Shown here piece by piece: positions 10,251-22,429 of a stretch of DNA of 64,000 nucleotides. Source of the stretch: Lama guanicoe (lineage: Eukaryota); NCBI GenBank assembly GCA_013239625.1, contig MU054001.1:1-64000 (forward strand), in the 5' to 3' direction. The translations under genes were made by a program, and so were the position numbers. Positions within the stretch are counted from its first letter, which is position 1, and each line of letters opens with the position of its first letter. Under the pieces are notes generated by a model. It was not told where the DNA came from. It made no database searches and saw only the letters and a program-made list of their open reading frames with translations.

Positions 10251-12495
10251 CCATAACTATTGTACAAGCTGCTTTTTCCCCCCTTCACAATAGATCATGA
10301 CTGTCTTTCTTTGTCGATAGCAATGTGCATCACTAGTTTGAGTGAAAGCATAATGTTTCCTTAACCAGCTGTATCCGATTGTACTTAAAGAATGTCCTAT
10401 GATTGGACATTTAATGATTCTATGAAACAAAACAGGTTTTGAGCATCTTCCTTGGGTCCCCAGCAGGTAAGGGACACTTTCCCAGGTGTACCCAGAGCAC
10501 TCTGTGTCCCTGCTTTGGTGCTTTCCCATTGCACTGAAATCTACCTGTATCCCCTGTCCCCTCACCTGTCTCATCCATTGTAGTGAGCTCCCCTAGGAGA
10601 AAGACATGTCTTGAACTCATCTTTGAACCAGAACACACAGCACAGTGCCAGACACTTGGTAAATATTTGGAGACTGTTTAATAAATAAAAATGAAATGAT
10701 GAATAAACGGAAGGAGACATGGATGGTTAGAGCCAAGGACTGTGGAGAGATGGAGTTCCTTTACTATAAGGATGTTCTGTCCAAAGATATCTGCCTGGAG
10801 CCGTAGTAAGTTCCCTGCCCCTGGAGGGGTGAGACAGGAGGCTGAATCACTTGGCAGCAATATTGAAAAGTTAATTTAAAAATCAGAAGGGAGACTGGAT
10901 GAACTTCAAGATGTTTCCAAATTTAAGAGCATAGAACTCCATGAACTAGAAGCCCAGGGAAGCTAAGAGACTGGCCCTAAGTTTCCCAGCTGAGCAGCTG
11001 TGGGGCTGGGAGTCGCTCTGAAAGTTTTCAAGTTGTTCTGAGGAACCCAGTCCAAAGCCTCCTCTTGCTTGAAGTCATCTGTCTGCTTGTGCCTGGCTTT
11101 GGGAAGCTCACAGCGCACAAAGGTCAAAGTCCAGGAAGGGAGAAATGCTTATGAAACAAGTTGTTGAACAAGTCTGTGGCCGATTATAATCGGAGAGTTT
11201 GGCTCCGGTTATGAATACAAAACAGTGTAAACTCCAGCGGGGGCGGGGGCGGGGGCGGGGGCAGGCAATGTTACAAGGCCCCAAGTTGCCCAAGTTGGCA
11301 CAGAGAGATCTTTGGAACCTGGAGAACTTTTCTGCTGTCTCCTGGTTAGGCTTCTGGGTGGTGGGGGCGGGAGCTTGTGACCTGAGCTGGAAAGGGCAGT
11401 AACTGGAGGAGGGTGGAGCTGGGGGGGTGTTAGGACGAGCGCAGGCCCTCCAAACTCAGGGACCTGCAGGCACCAGAGCTCTTCTCTTTCCACCTCCCTC
11501 ACCACTTCCACTGTTTGGAGGGTGAGTCTTCCTAAAATGCAGACAGCAGGGCGACATTTGGAAATTCTTGCCTGGGACAAGGGCAAAGTTTCCGCAGCAG
11601 TGCGTGCCCCCTGGACTTGGAGCTTCGAGCCCAACCAATCTGGAGGCAGGAGACACCAGGGCGGGTATACATGCGGAGACACAGCTGAGCTCCATCCATG
11701 TGCCAGAGAAAAATCAGCCAAGCTCTAGCCTTGTAGTTGAAGACTTTGGAGAGCTCCTAGTATTTTCCTCTTGATTATCAGTACAGATGAAATCAGATCA
11801 TGGAGAGAGGTTCACCAGAATAATAACATTTACTCTGGGGCCAGGTTGCATGGGTCCGTATCCCTGCTCAGCGCTTCCCAACCCTGGGTCCTTAGACAAG
11901 AGACTACCCTTTTCTGTGCCTCAACTTGGCATTTCTAAAATGCGGGTGACAACTGTATCTACCTCGGGCTGATGTGAGGTTGAAATGTTGTGAAGACAGA
12001 CAGGAGAAGAACTGAGGAACGGGGACGAACACGGGCCCCTAAGGCCACCTGCACAGGAAAGTTAGGGATGGTCCCAGAGCAGGTGGAGACAGTCCTGGTG
12101 TGGAAGCTGCAGGGAGATGAGTTTCACTCAGTGAGAAAGAGCCATCTGCTGCACAGACAAAATATGACTGCAGCCTCTCCCTGGGGAAGGCCATGCTCAG
12201 AGGCCCCGGAGGGGTCCTCTTGTGTCCCTCTGCTGTACTTCAGAACAGATCACTGCTGCTCATGTACAAACTGAAAAAAGTCCGAATCAATGGACTGGCA
12301 TCTGAGACCCTCCCATATGAACTGTCTCATTGCCGGATTATGTTCCACTGCCCATTCCCCGAAATGCTCCAAATGGGCCGATCACTCCCCCAGGCAGGCC
12401 TTGCACTTTGCTGTCCCAGGGCCTAACAGCTGCTCAGTCTCAGCTCCACATTATACCTTTATACCTGCTCTCCCCTCTCCCCTTGTCACTCCTTC

Positions 12496-12970
12496 TGAGG
12501 TGAGAAGCCCCATGAAAAAGACCTCTCCTGCTGGCACCATCTGACTCCCTGGTGCAGTGGCATTATCTCGTTTTTTAAACTCTGAAATGGCTTGCTTCTA
12601 GGAAAGCGGAACTTACCCCTAAGATTCTGCTGGTTCCCTGAGCTAACTCCTGATTGGTCCATTTCCCTCACTCCTGATTGGTCTATTTCCCTCACTCCAG
12701 ATTGGTCCATTTCTACAAAGCTTGTTCCTAATTAGTCACCTTTGTTATACCTTATTTGCATATGATGTTACAAAATGTTGCAAAGTCTAGGCTGGTAGCC
12801 TATAAAAGCTTGTGTAAACCTACAGACGGGGTCCAGAGCTTGGAGTGTTAACTCCTCTAGGCCCACTGATGTAATAAACTTGAGTTCTCCAACTCTCTGA
12901 GTGCTGCTTGGTCTCTTGCCTAGATCCAGGTTGCGGTCACAACTGAGCTATGACACACTTTGCTGCAACA
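12496..12970 (+). mobile_element. Solo LTR, same family as 2098-2621, in pseudogene intron 1
   Basis: TG...CA ends, TSD CTTC (12492-12495 and 12971-12974), three gattggtc (CCAAT) repeats, TATAAAA at 12801, AATAAA at 12873. Confidence 0.92.
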
Positions 12971-13525
12971 CTTCCACCACTGCAAGTCCCAGCTCCAAGG
13001 TCATCACCTCTACAATGCCACCAATCAGAGGGCCTCCCTCCCTCTTCTGTCTCCTATAGGACCTTACTGGTACCTGTCCTGGACACCGACCACTTCCTTC
13101 CCAGCAGGAGGGTCAGGTACGTATGTGGCTCATTCTCCCCATAAGGTCAGATTTCTGAGATGAGGGACTGCCTCTTGTACATCCTCTCATCCAGCATGTA
13201 GCTCAGCACCAGGATCCTTTGGATAACTGTTTCCAGAGGCTCCTAAGAATGGAAACTGACTGCCTTTGTCGTTCCCAGCCCCTCTCCTTCTTGTTTTATT
13301 TTTCCCTGGATGCTGATATACCTCCAATTCCAGTTCCCTCCCTCAGGCAGCCCCGTGAGCTGGAAGGACAGTTCACCACGTCTCTCTTTCACGTAAGAAG
13401 CAACGGGGGCCTGGAGAGTGGAGGGGACTCATTCAAGGTCACATGCAGAAAGTGGCAAGACGCCCTGGAATCGAGTTCAAACCTTCACCAGTGACGTGTC
13501 CTCGTTTGCTCTCAATGTCCAGCAG

Positions 13526-13730
13526 GGCAGCCACCCTCGCCGCCCGTCGTGGACACGGCGCAGGGCAGAGTCCTGGGGAAGCACGTCCGCTTAGAAGGAC
13601 TTGCACAGCCTGTGGCCGTTTTCCTGGGAGTCCCTTTTGCCAAGCCGCCACTCGGATCCTTGAGGTTTGCCGCGCCGCAGCCTGCAGAACCATGGAGCTT
13701 CGTGAAGAACACCACCTCCGACCCTCCTAT
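13526..13730 (+). pseudogene. CES1-like exon 2 (open frame, intact splice sites, NAGNAG acceptor ccag|cag|)
   Basis: Carboxylesterase N-terminal motif [16 protein letters not shown]; donor gtaagc at 13731. Confidence 0.93.
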
Positions 13731-14124
13731 GTAAGCTGGGGTGTGGTTTGGCGTCTCTCGGGGGATTTCGGCCTCCAAAGGATGCAGGATGGAGCCAAGG
13801 CACCTAGATGGCTCGTACTTTGTTCTGAAATCCCCAAGATACTGTAAATCCTGCAAACCATTCCAGAACTCTCACAGCATTCTAGAGCCCTGCATTCCAC
13901 TCATATTCATTAAGCAGCTTTGCCAGACATCTTCTAGTTTCCCAGGATCTGTTAGTGAACAGAATAGAGATCCCACTTCCTGCAGTTTGCATTCTAGCAG
14001 GGAGAGCCAGACACTAGACAATATACAAATTAAGAAACAGATTATATAATATGTTTGAATCTGGTAAGTGCAGTGAAAATAAATAGGAAGTTGAGCAGGT
14101 GAGGGGGATCAGAAATAATGTTTC

Positions 14125-14538
14125 TGTTAACCTAAAACCATAAAACAACCAAATATTTTATCAACAAAATGAATTTATTTGGGAGTAGCAAAGAATTGCA
14201 TTGAGATATGCAACTATGGCGAACCACACACAAGCCTGGTACAACAAAGGAGAAGAAACTCTTTTATAGCGGTGAAGGGGAAGTTGGGAGGCGCTGTTAT
14301 AAACGAAAAGTCAATTGGAGGAATCTGGGAGTTTGAAATGTAGCGGGCTTTCATGTGCTGAGTTGTGACAGTCTCTCACTGGCTGAGATGTTGACAGGGC
14401 CGGATAAAATCTTTCTTGTAGCAGTGTCATTTTCTGACAGACATTCGAGGTACTTCTTGTTAGAATCTGTATTGAGGTGAAGCTTTTTTACTGCTCTGGG
14501 TTTGGTGCCTCTCATCCCTGCTTTATTCAAGAGTCAAC
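14125..14538 (-). mobile_element. Probable older LTR fragment
   Basis: Begins TGTTAAC, with tttatt (minus polyA signal) ~14174 and ttttata (minus TATA) ~14262; right end uncertain. Confidence 0.45.
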
Positions 14539-14868
14539 TATATATTTATATGTATTTTTATATGTTTAAAACATATAAATATGTATATATTAAATATTTC
14601 TACATATATAAATATGTCTATATATTTATGACTATGTACATTTCAATTTGAGTGAACATCTACCCTGTCATCTGACTGCTGTTGGCCCCTGGTCAGAGGT
14701 CTGCCCTCTGGGGTCACACAGACTTGGCCCCTTTGTGAGGACCCAAGGGTGTAGTCCCACCCACAGGCACACAGGTCTGTGGTGCTGGCCCTGAGATCAG
14801 ACAGGGGAGAGGGGGACATGCGTGTGCCTCGAGGGGGAAGCAGAGTCACGACGCTGCCCCCTCCCCAG

Positions 14869-15009
14869 AGCCACCCTTTCCTGCCCACAGTGGTCGACAG
14901 AGTGCTGCTGCCGAAGATTCCTGATGAGATTCTGGCTGAAAAGGTCTTCAACACCGTCCCCTGCATCGTGGGGATCAACAAGTAGAAGTTTGGCTGGATT
15001 ATTCCAATG
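14869..15009 (+). pseudogene. CES1-like exon 9 (141 nt) with nonsense codon
   Basis: [46 protein letters not shown] versus family motif GINKQEFGW. Confidence 0.92.
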
Positions 15010-15832
15010 GTGAGAAAGTGCAGCCTCTCAGACCTGCCTCCTTGCCTGTCCCATCACCCCTCCCATCTCTGGTCACAGGACCCTCCTTCTCCTGATCCCC
15101 CTCTGGGTCCAGGGCAGCTGTCCCTTTCATACCAGCTGACGTTTCCATGAAGACCTTGTCCACAATGCCCGGCTGTCACCTGGGAGGTGTGGCCTTGGGG
15201 AGCCCCACCCCAAAACATTCTAATTGTCTTTCCCTCCAAGAATCCGGAAATGTGAGTGCTGGGAGGGCTGCTGGGCAGATGAAAACCCAAGGCCAGGAAA
15301 GGGGAAGGGGCTCAGAGCTAAGGAGAGGGAGGTGGGAAGGGCCCAGGGTTGGGACCCAAGGGCAGGGTGTGCATAGGGACACACCTGTGCTAGGGTAGGT
15401 GATTGGAGCAGAGAGGTGGTGTGGGGTGAGGAGGGGGAGTTTGGATTTACCTTGCAGGCAATCGGAGGCCCATGAGAGGGCTTTAAAGAAGCATGCAGCA
15501 GGTGCTCAATAAATGTTTCCTTATCAGTACACCATCAAACTGAGATTTCCTGGGGACAGGGTTATTCCTTCTTTGTATTCTCCAGTTCCTTCCTTGAATA
15601 CTAATAGGAATGAGTATGATTCTGATCACTGAATGAATGAGTGAATAACTTCATCCAAGATACAATGATACAAAACCAAATGGATCTTTTCATACAAGCA
15701 AGAACCATTTTTCACCCCACTGATCAGGGAGGTGCTGGGGGTTCACATAGGCTCTGAGACAGTTCCAGAGAACAAGACCCCTAGTCCTCCTGGCTTCCCT
15801 TAGCCTCTGCTTGGCAGCAGGAGCGTGTGCTG

Positions 15833-15849
15833 GTGCCACCTGGTGGCCA
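15833..15849 (-). promoter_or_regulatory. CTCF motif
   Basis: Minus strand TGGCCACCAGGTGGCAC, a near-consensus match; binding untested. Confidence 0.6.
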
Positions 15850-16686
15850 CAGTGCTCATGTTCTACCTTGATCAGCTTCCTCCATTGCCAAGGTGCCCTG
15901 TCAGGCCAGAGAAGGGGAGTGGGAGCCTGGAGTGAGCAGAAATGCTCTTCTCAGCAGACATACCCTCCCACCTACAGTTAGAAGTGTCTCTGTAAATGCC
16001 AACCCCAAGTCAGTCTATCCTCACCTGCAGGACCTGAGTCCCAGGTCCCCATAACTGGAGCCCAAGAGAGTAATTAATCTCACCCCATATCACAGAGAAG
16101 CCTGTACCTTTGGCCGCTCTGACCATGGTGCTTCCTACAAGGGTCCCTGCCATTGTCAGCAGATGATGGAACCAGGTAAGGAAGCCACGGGAAGGGAGGT
16201 AATGACCAGCATCCTCCCAATATCCTTCTCATCCTCTTCCTAAGACCCTCTTACTGATTCTGTCCGGGGCAGCGATGTACCCAGCTACGATTTCCAGAGG
16301 TTGCCATGTTACATGGAGATGTAACCCCAGTTGGGGTTATAGGAAATCTACTCATCTCCAGAGTCAAGAGGCACAGGTTCAGCTGGCCTCCGCCTTTCGC
16401 CCTGTCTCTTTATTTCCTTTCTTCCTGCCTGAAACTTGGGCAAGATCTCTGTAGTTGGATTAGCCATTTTTCTCCGTAAGCACGAAAATCACATGCTACA
16501 GATGGTGGAACAGGAAATTAGAAGGTGTCTAAATCCTTGATGACTTTCTTGAGCATCTCCAGAGCCATCCCAGGCTTCTGAGCACGTCCAGAAGGAGGTC
16601 CTCACAAAAGCCTGTCCCCAGAACCATGGACATGTCTTCCTCCTCTTCCTGCTGAAGAACATTCCTTTCTGACTCATTGGTTATTT

Positions 16687-16687
<1 letters not shown>

Positions 16688-16737
<50 letters not shown>
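16688..16737. repeat. (TAA)n microsatellite
   Basis: About 16 perfect units. Confidence 0.97.
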
Positions 16738-16738
<1 letters not shown>

Positions 16739-19700
16739 CATGGTTAGATTTCAGTCACATGCAGCCACTTGTCGTCCTAACACATGTATGTGTCATCTTC
16801 TTGCTTTTTGAGAGTGAGCCCAGATGGACATAAAGACCAGAGAGCATGGGATTGGGATGTGTTTGGAGAAAGCCAGCAAAGGTATTTTCCTTGAGATACA
16901 GGAGGCCTCTGTTCAAGATGAATTCTCTTATTTTGTGATCCAGGGAAAGTCATTTGCTTTCTAGCACATTTAGGCAAATTATATTTCTATATTAATGTAC
17001 ATATATTTAAGTGCATGCATATGTATATATACACATATAACATACGTATAGAAAGTATATATAAGTGTACAAATTACAAATTTGTATACATACAAATAAA
17101 TGTATTCTTATATCTATTATGCTTTTGTAATTGAAGAGGGTGTTGGAACTAGTTGAGGAGACCCACGCCCCTACCAGCTGGACCATGTTATGCCTGGATG
17201 GCTGGGGACCAGGGGATACAGGACATCAGAGTGGTTAAAAGCCCGACTTCTTGGCTTCGAATCCCAATCTCGCAAGCTAGTAAATTATTTCATCTATTTG
17301 TGTCAGTTTCCCCAGATTGTAAATGGGGATAATAATACTACCTCATCGACTCATTAAGAGGATTCCATAGTTGCACTTTGCAAAGCCCTAGGAACAGTAA
17401 CTGCCGCAGGATAAGCCAGTGTGCTTGTTAAGTGAATACGCCGTGCACTGGCCTTGACCAAGGTGCTGATGCTCCTAAGGTCTCAGTCCTCCTGGGAATT
17501 CATGGCTCATGAGGCTGGGATGGCCCCATTCTCTCTTTTAACAAAGCCAGGTACTCCTTGCACCATGCTCCCTTCCAATTCCAAAAGTCTGGTAGGAACT
17601 CTATACATTTAATTGCTTGTCTAATAATTCTAGTCTTGGCTCTGACAGCCCCTGATCCAATGTCTGCAACTCACATGAAATGTCAGAGCTGCAATGACCT
17701 TCCTTATCTGTGAAGCGGGTTTGTTGCATGTGTCGGCCCTGCCCTCTCGCTCCTCTCCATGGATGGGGTATTGTTACTATCAAGTGACTGGAGATGGGAG
17801 TTAAGGTTAAGTAGAAACTATCGCAGAAGTCTGAGGGGTGCTGTGGTACAAAAACAGAAATGTAGCAGGAACCTGGGAATGGACTCAGGGTGGGTAGCAG
17901 GCAGGTGCCCTGTGGTTGACCTGACCATGGCCTTCAGGTCTGCCCCCGGCTCACTGTGGCCAGGGGCTGGGCTTGCCCCAGGCCTCTCCTCTTCTGACTC
18001 TGAGTCTTCCCGTCCTAGGCTGGAAGTCTAGATTGGAGCCTGAAGCTACAGAAGGTGGAGTGGCTGCTCCCTGTATAAAGCCACTTGTTGCTGTAGAAAC
18101 AATGGATCTGTGGCTCCAGGGTATGTCTAGGCCTTGACCCTCACCAGGGCCTTCACTGGGGATGAAGATGGTCCTCCTTGATTTCCTGCAGCCTTCATGC
18201 CCTGCTAATCTTCATGCCCAGCTCAGCCCCTCCCAGGCCTGATGCCAACAAGCCGGTAGCTGATAAGAAGGACATCAGAAACCAGTCAGTTGCCAGCTCT
18301 TTCAGAAGTCTCTGGTCACTGGACATCTGTCTCCTCCTCCTCTTCTGGGTCACAGCCGAGGTCAAGACCTCCCTGAAACATGGTCCAGCTGAGGCAGCAT
18401 CTCCCTTGCCAGCAGCCTAATGGGGATTGACAGTGGAGGGCTCGTGGGGCAGTCGGGTCCTGCGGGAGGTTGGCTGCTGCCTTTGCAGGCCCGTGGAGGC
18501 TGGTATTTCCCGAAGCTGGAACTTCCTGCCCAGGTGATCACATGCGGCCACGCCCAGCGAGACTCAGATTTGGCTACTCAGACCCAAATTCAAACCTCTG
18601 GGGCACCATCCTAAGGAAGGGACAAGGGTACAGAAATATCGTTTTGGCTACATGAAAACATAGCAGTAGCCGGGCTGTCTTTGGGCAAAAATGGGTGAGA
18701 AGGAGAAGAAACTGATATTCATTACATAGCTGATATGTACTAAACGTATAACAACAAGCTGTGTAAGTTAGTACTGAATCCAATATTAATATTTAATCCT
18801 CTCCATGACCCCACAATGTGGTCACCATTGTCAGTCCCATGGACAGATGATAAACTGAGGCAAAGGGAGGTTAAGTAACTTGCCCAAGTCTTCATACTGT
18901 TGTGATGGAACCAGGGTTTGGATGCAGGCCTGGTGGCCGCAGAGAGGTTGCTCCTCATCTGGTTTGATCCTGCTGATAACTCCCTCTTGGCAGTCTTGTT
19001 CCCACCCTTCAGAAGCTAGAAAGACTCAGAGATTTTACATAACTCATCCAAGATTCCACAGGAGTAAGTAGTAGGGCTGGTGTTCAAACCCAGGTCTAAT
19101 CTAAGGAACCCTTTGTTCTTTTCACTAATCCAGGGCAAACCACACACTGCAGGCCAAGTCCAGCCCATCACCTTCTTAAAGCTGTGAATAAAGCTGCTTT
19201 CATGCTAAAACAGGAGAGCTGAGTACTTGTGACAGAGACCTTTACAGAAAATGTGTGCTGAAATGTACACTAAAAATGTAGGATGGTTGAAAGGCAGCAA
19301 TTTCCGCCTCTGTCAATCAGTGGCTGCCTGGAAAGGTAGTCATTCACATTTTAATGTGAATTAGTCCATTACATCTGTGATTGCTCCCTGAGAGTATGTC
19401 ATAGGGTCAAAAACAGAAGGGACTTTACAGAATCACCTAATCCAACCATTTCATTTTCACCAATTAGAAAACTAAAGTTTAGTGATAACGTTTCCAATGT
19501 GACTCAATCATAACATCAGAGTAGCTGGTCTCAAGTGGGCTCTGGGTGTCCCAGGTTTTTCCATAGCTTCAAGTCCTTGCAGACGTAACTCACCCAGACT
19601 CACCACGACTGTCCTGTTCAGGGCCGTGTGACAAGTGATCTTCCCAGTCCCTGACAACAAACCCTCCCTTGATGTCCAAGACCTCAGAGCCCCGCTGTCT

Positions 19701-21253
19701 TTTCCCACAGCTCTGGGCACCTGTCAGGACTTGTCTGATCTCTACCCCCACGTCACCTCCAGAAGGCAGAAAACATAATGCGAGAAGCATGGATTTTGTC
19801 TTTCAGGGGCTCTGTGACCTTGGGCCACTTCTCAACTCTAGCCCTCAATTCCCTCATCTGTCCAGCGGGCACATGCTTCCTGTTGCTGCCTGTGTTGCAA
19901 GATTAGGCCAGGAAAACAAATGAGATATGGGGTGGATTCAAATGAAAAGTCAACCTATTGCAGGGTGATGGAGATTTAGAAGTGAACTCTGCCGTCATGC
20001 TAATTTAGTTTGGGGTGGGGACAGAGACAGATGCTATATACCAGAAAAGAGAGGCCCCCAAAGGTAATATATATACCCTTGAGGCGTCAACATTTGAGAA
20101 TCTGATGAATGTATCCATTCTCTCTCCCAGAAAAGAAGACACAAACTCATGCACACAAAAATTTGCACTTCCTCTCAGAAGGTTCTGACGTTTCTGAAGC
20201 CCATCCATGGCCACTTTGTTTTAATAACCCCTGGCCCATTGTACAGATGAATAAATTGAGGCCTAGAGAAAGAATCCACGTAGCAGTACCTTTTGGAAGG
20301 AGATAAACATGAAGCTGTTTCCAAAAGTAGGATGAGAGTGTGATTAAAATGGGGACAATTCAGAAGCCACCAATTGCTTAAGTGAGGCTCACCTGTTAGC
20401 CTTCTCCGACCACATTTGTCAGCCTAGGGAACAGAGCGGCAGCCTGCCCCCGGAAGAGCTGCCCTTTCCCCCCGGCCCAGGCTCCCTCCTCTACTCCCAC
20501 GGGTCACTTGCTCATTAAATACCATCAGGTGTGAGGGGAGGGCTGGTGGCAGCCTTTTGTTTGATTCATTCTCACGAACCCTAACTCCGATTCTGGAGTT
20601 AAAACTAATGGATCAGATGATAATACCCTCTCTGGGATGTCGGCCTGACTCCAACTGGACAGGCCGAACCACTCCCCACCCCGGGATCTTTAGCATAAAT
20701 GTACTTGACTCTCCCAATGCAGATGTGCAAGGCTGGGCTCAGTGGAGGGGGCCCCAGACGCTATGCAACCCCCTCCCCTACCCCACCTGTCACTAAGTCC
20801 CCTCTACAACCTCCCCAGGAGACATTGCTGCTGGGACACTCTCTGCTTCCAGCACCAGCCCGTTCTCTGTTCTGGTCTCCTCTTGTAAACTGTCTTCTTG
20901 GACTGCCCATCACTGGCCCCAGTTCAGCCCTTGAGCCCACCACCCACTCCCTGGCAGCCTTTCCATATTCGAAGACATATCCTGAACTGTTGTTTGTCAG
21001 TACGTCCCTTATATTGGTGTCACTGTCTACTTGCTTACTTGCATTAAAAATAATAATGTAACATCACACTTTCCCCACACAATTCAGCACTCAGCACTAA
21101 GGGCCTAAGTGTTCATGTAACCCTCTTCCCAGAAAAACGCACACATGCACTAAATTGGGTATTCAATTCAACCCAACTAGAAGTTCTGATCCCCTTGCAA
21201 ACTCAGCCCTAAAAGTGAAAAAAGCAAAACTAGTTAACCAACTTGGCATCCAC

Positions 21254-21271
21254 TTTTTATTTAAATAAAAA
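21254..21271. terminator. Candidate distal polyA signal of SLC6A2 within the palindrome TTTTTATTTAAATAAAAA
   Basis: AATAAA on both strands; a further minus-strand AATAAA at 21503-21508 has an upstream TGTA. Confidence 0.45.
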
Positions 21272-22429
21272 TATGTGTCAATCTTAGAGCTAGGATTACA
21301 GATGTAATTCCTTCCCCCAGTCTCTTGTTCCATAGGTTATGAAAAGGGTTCTTTGGGTGAAAGGTGGGCCACTATGACCAGAAGCTCTTCTTTACTAACT
21401 AGAGGCTGATCACAGAAGACCCACTGGACTTAGTTAATTGGTAGCATTTTACCTCATGGCAGAAAGAATTCCACTACCAGATACATGGCACAGGAAATAT
21501 CCTTTATTATTCTGTACAATTAATTTTCCATGGAGAGAAGAGCTTTTAAAAGAAATGCACACCAGATACAGAAATCTGCATGACATTGGAACAGTCCATG
21601 ACATGGGGCACCACTGAAAGGGTCTTTATTTACACAGAAGTGGAGAAACAGAGGGATGGGGTGGGCACGCCCCGAAGCAATGTCACGTTCACCAGGATTT
21701 TGGTGACTTCTACAACTGCAGCAATACTCATGCTGCATATTTGCAGAGAGGCGGATTCTGGGACTCACAAGGACATGACAAGTCTACCCTCAAAGTCCTC
21801 AAAACTAAAGGGTTGGATTTATTTTTTAAATATCGAGTGTTTCTGGCATCTGTTGAAGAAATATCGGAGAAAGAGGAACTACTGACTGTCCTGAAAAATC
21901 ATAGGTCTGACATTTCTCTGCTCAGTAGTAGGTTTTGGGTTACTAGATCATTCTGGGAAGTCCTACAGTAAGCAGGGTGCTTCCTTCATTGTAAATTTAG
22001 CATGATAACACTGTTACAGAGACAGGAACTTTTTTTTTTACTGGATAGGACCTATGATTCTCTGATCCAACCCTTGGTTTTACAGAACGTGAACTCTGAA
22101 GCCCAGAGAGGTGGAGCCCCTCTCCCCAGGCCACCCAGCAAGATAGCTGCAGACCTAGGTCTGTGCAACTCTAAGTGCTGTGCTGTTTTCACCACACTAC
22201 ACTCCCTCTCTGTTCTTCTCCCTTCCATGGTTCTCAAAGGAAATAGACAAACAAAATGAAATGAGCTCAGTGGGCTTCTTACTAAGAAATGACATCTTTG
22301 GTAAGAATATCCGGTCTCACATTACCACAGCGGCAAAACAGACCATTCTGCACGAGACCAGTCTCCCACCTGGGCAAGAACCTTTCTGAGAATGAAGGCG
22401 GCTTTGGGGGCCTTTATTCAGCAGGATAC

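Larger units (their letters stand above)
9285..11970. repeat. Right arm of inverted segmental duplication (pseudogene upstream region, exon 1, intron 1); outer limit approximate
   Basis: Same matches as the left arm. Confidence 0.9.
11400..15009 (+). pseudogene. Unprocessed, internally deleted CES1-family pseudogene (remnants of exons 1, 2 and 9)
   Basis: Exon 1 remnant ends at 11521|gtgagt with no ATG. Exon 2 is 13523/13526-13730 ([19 protein letters not shown]...[16 protein letters not shown]...NTTSDPPM). Exon 9 is 14869-15009 with in-frame TAG at 14983-14985. No GESAG-bearing exon in between. Confidence 0.9.

Noticed and set aside
2098..12970. The two LTRs as ends of one provirus
   Set aside because: Opposite orientation, and each has its own complete, different TSD
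16529..16741. ORF with a poly-Leu signal-peptide-like start
   Set aside because: Translation artefact of the (TAA)n microsatellite
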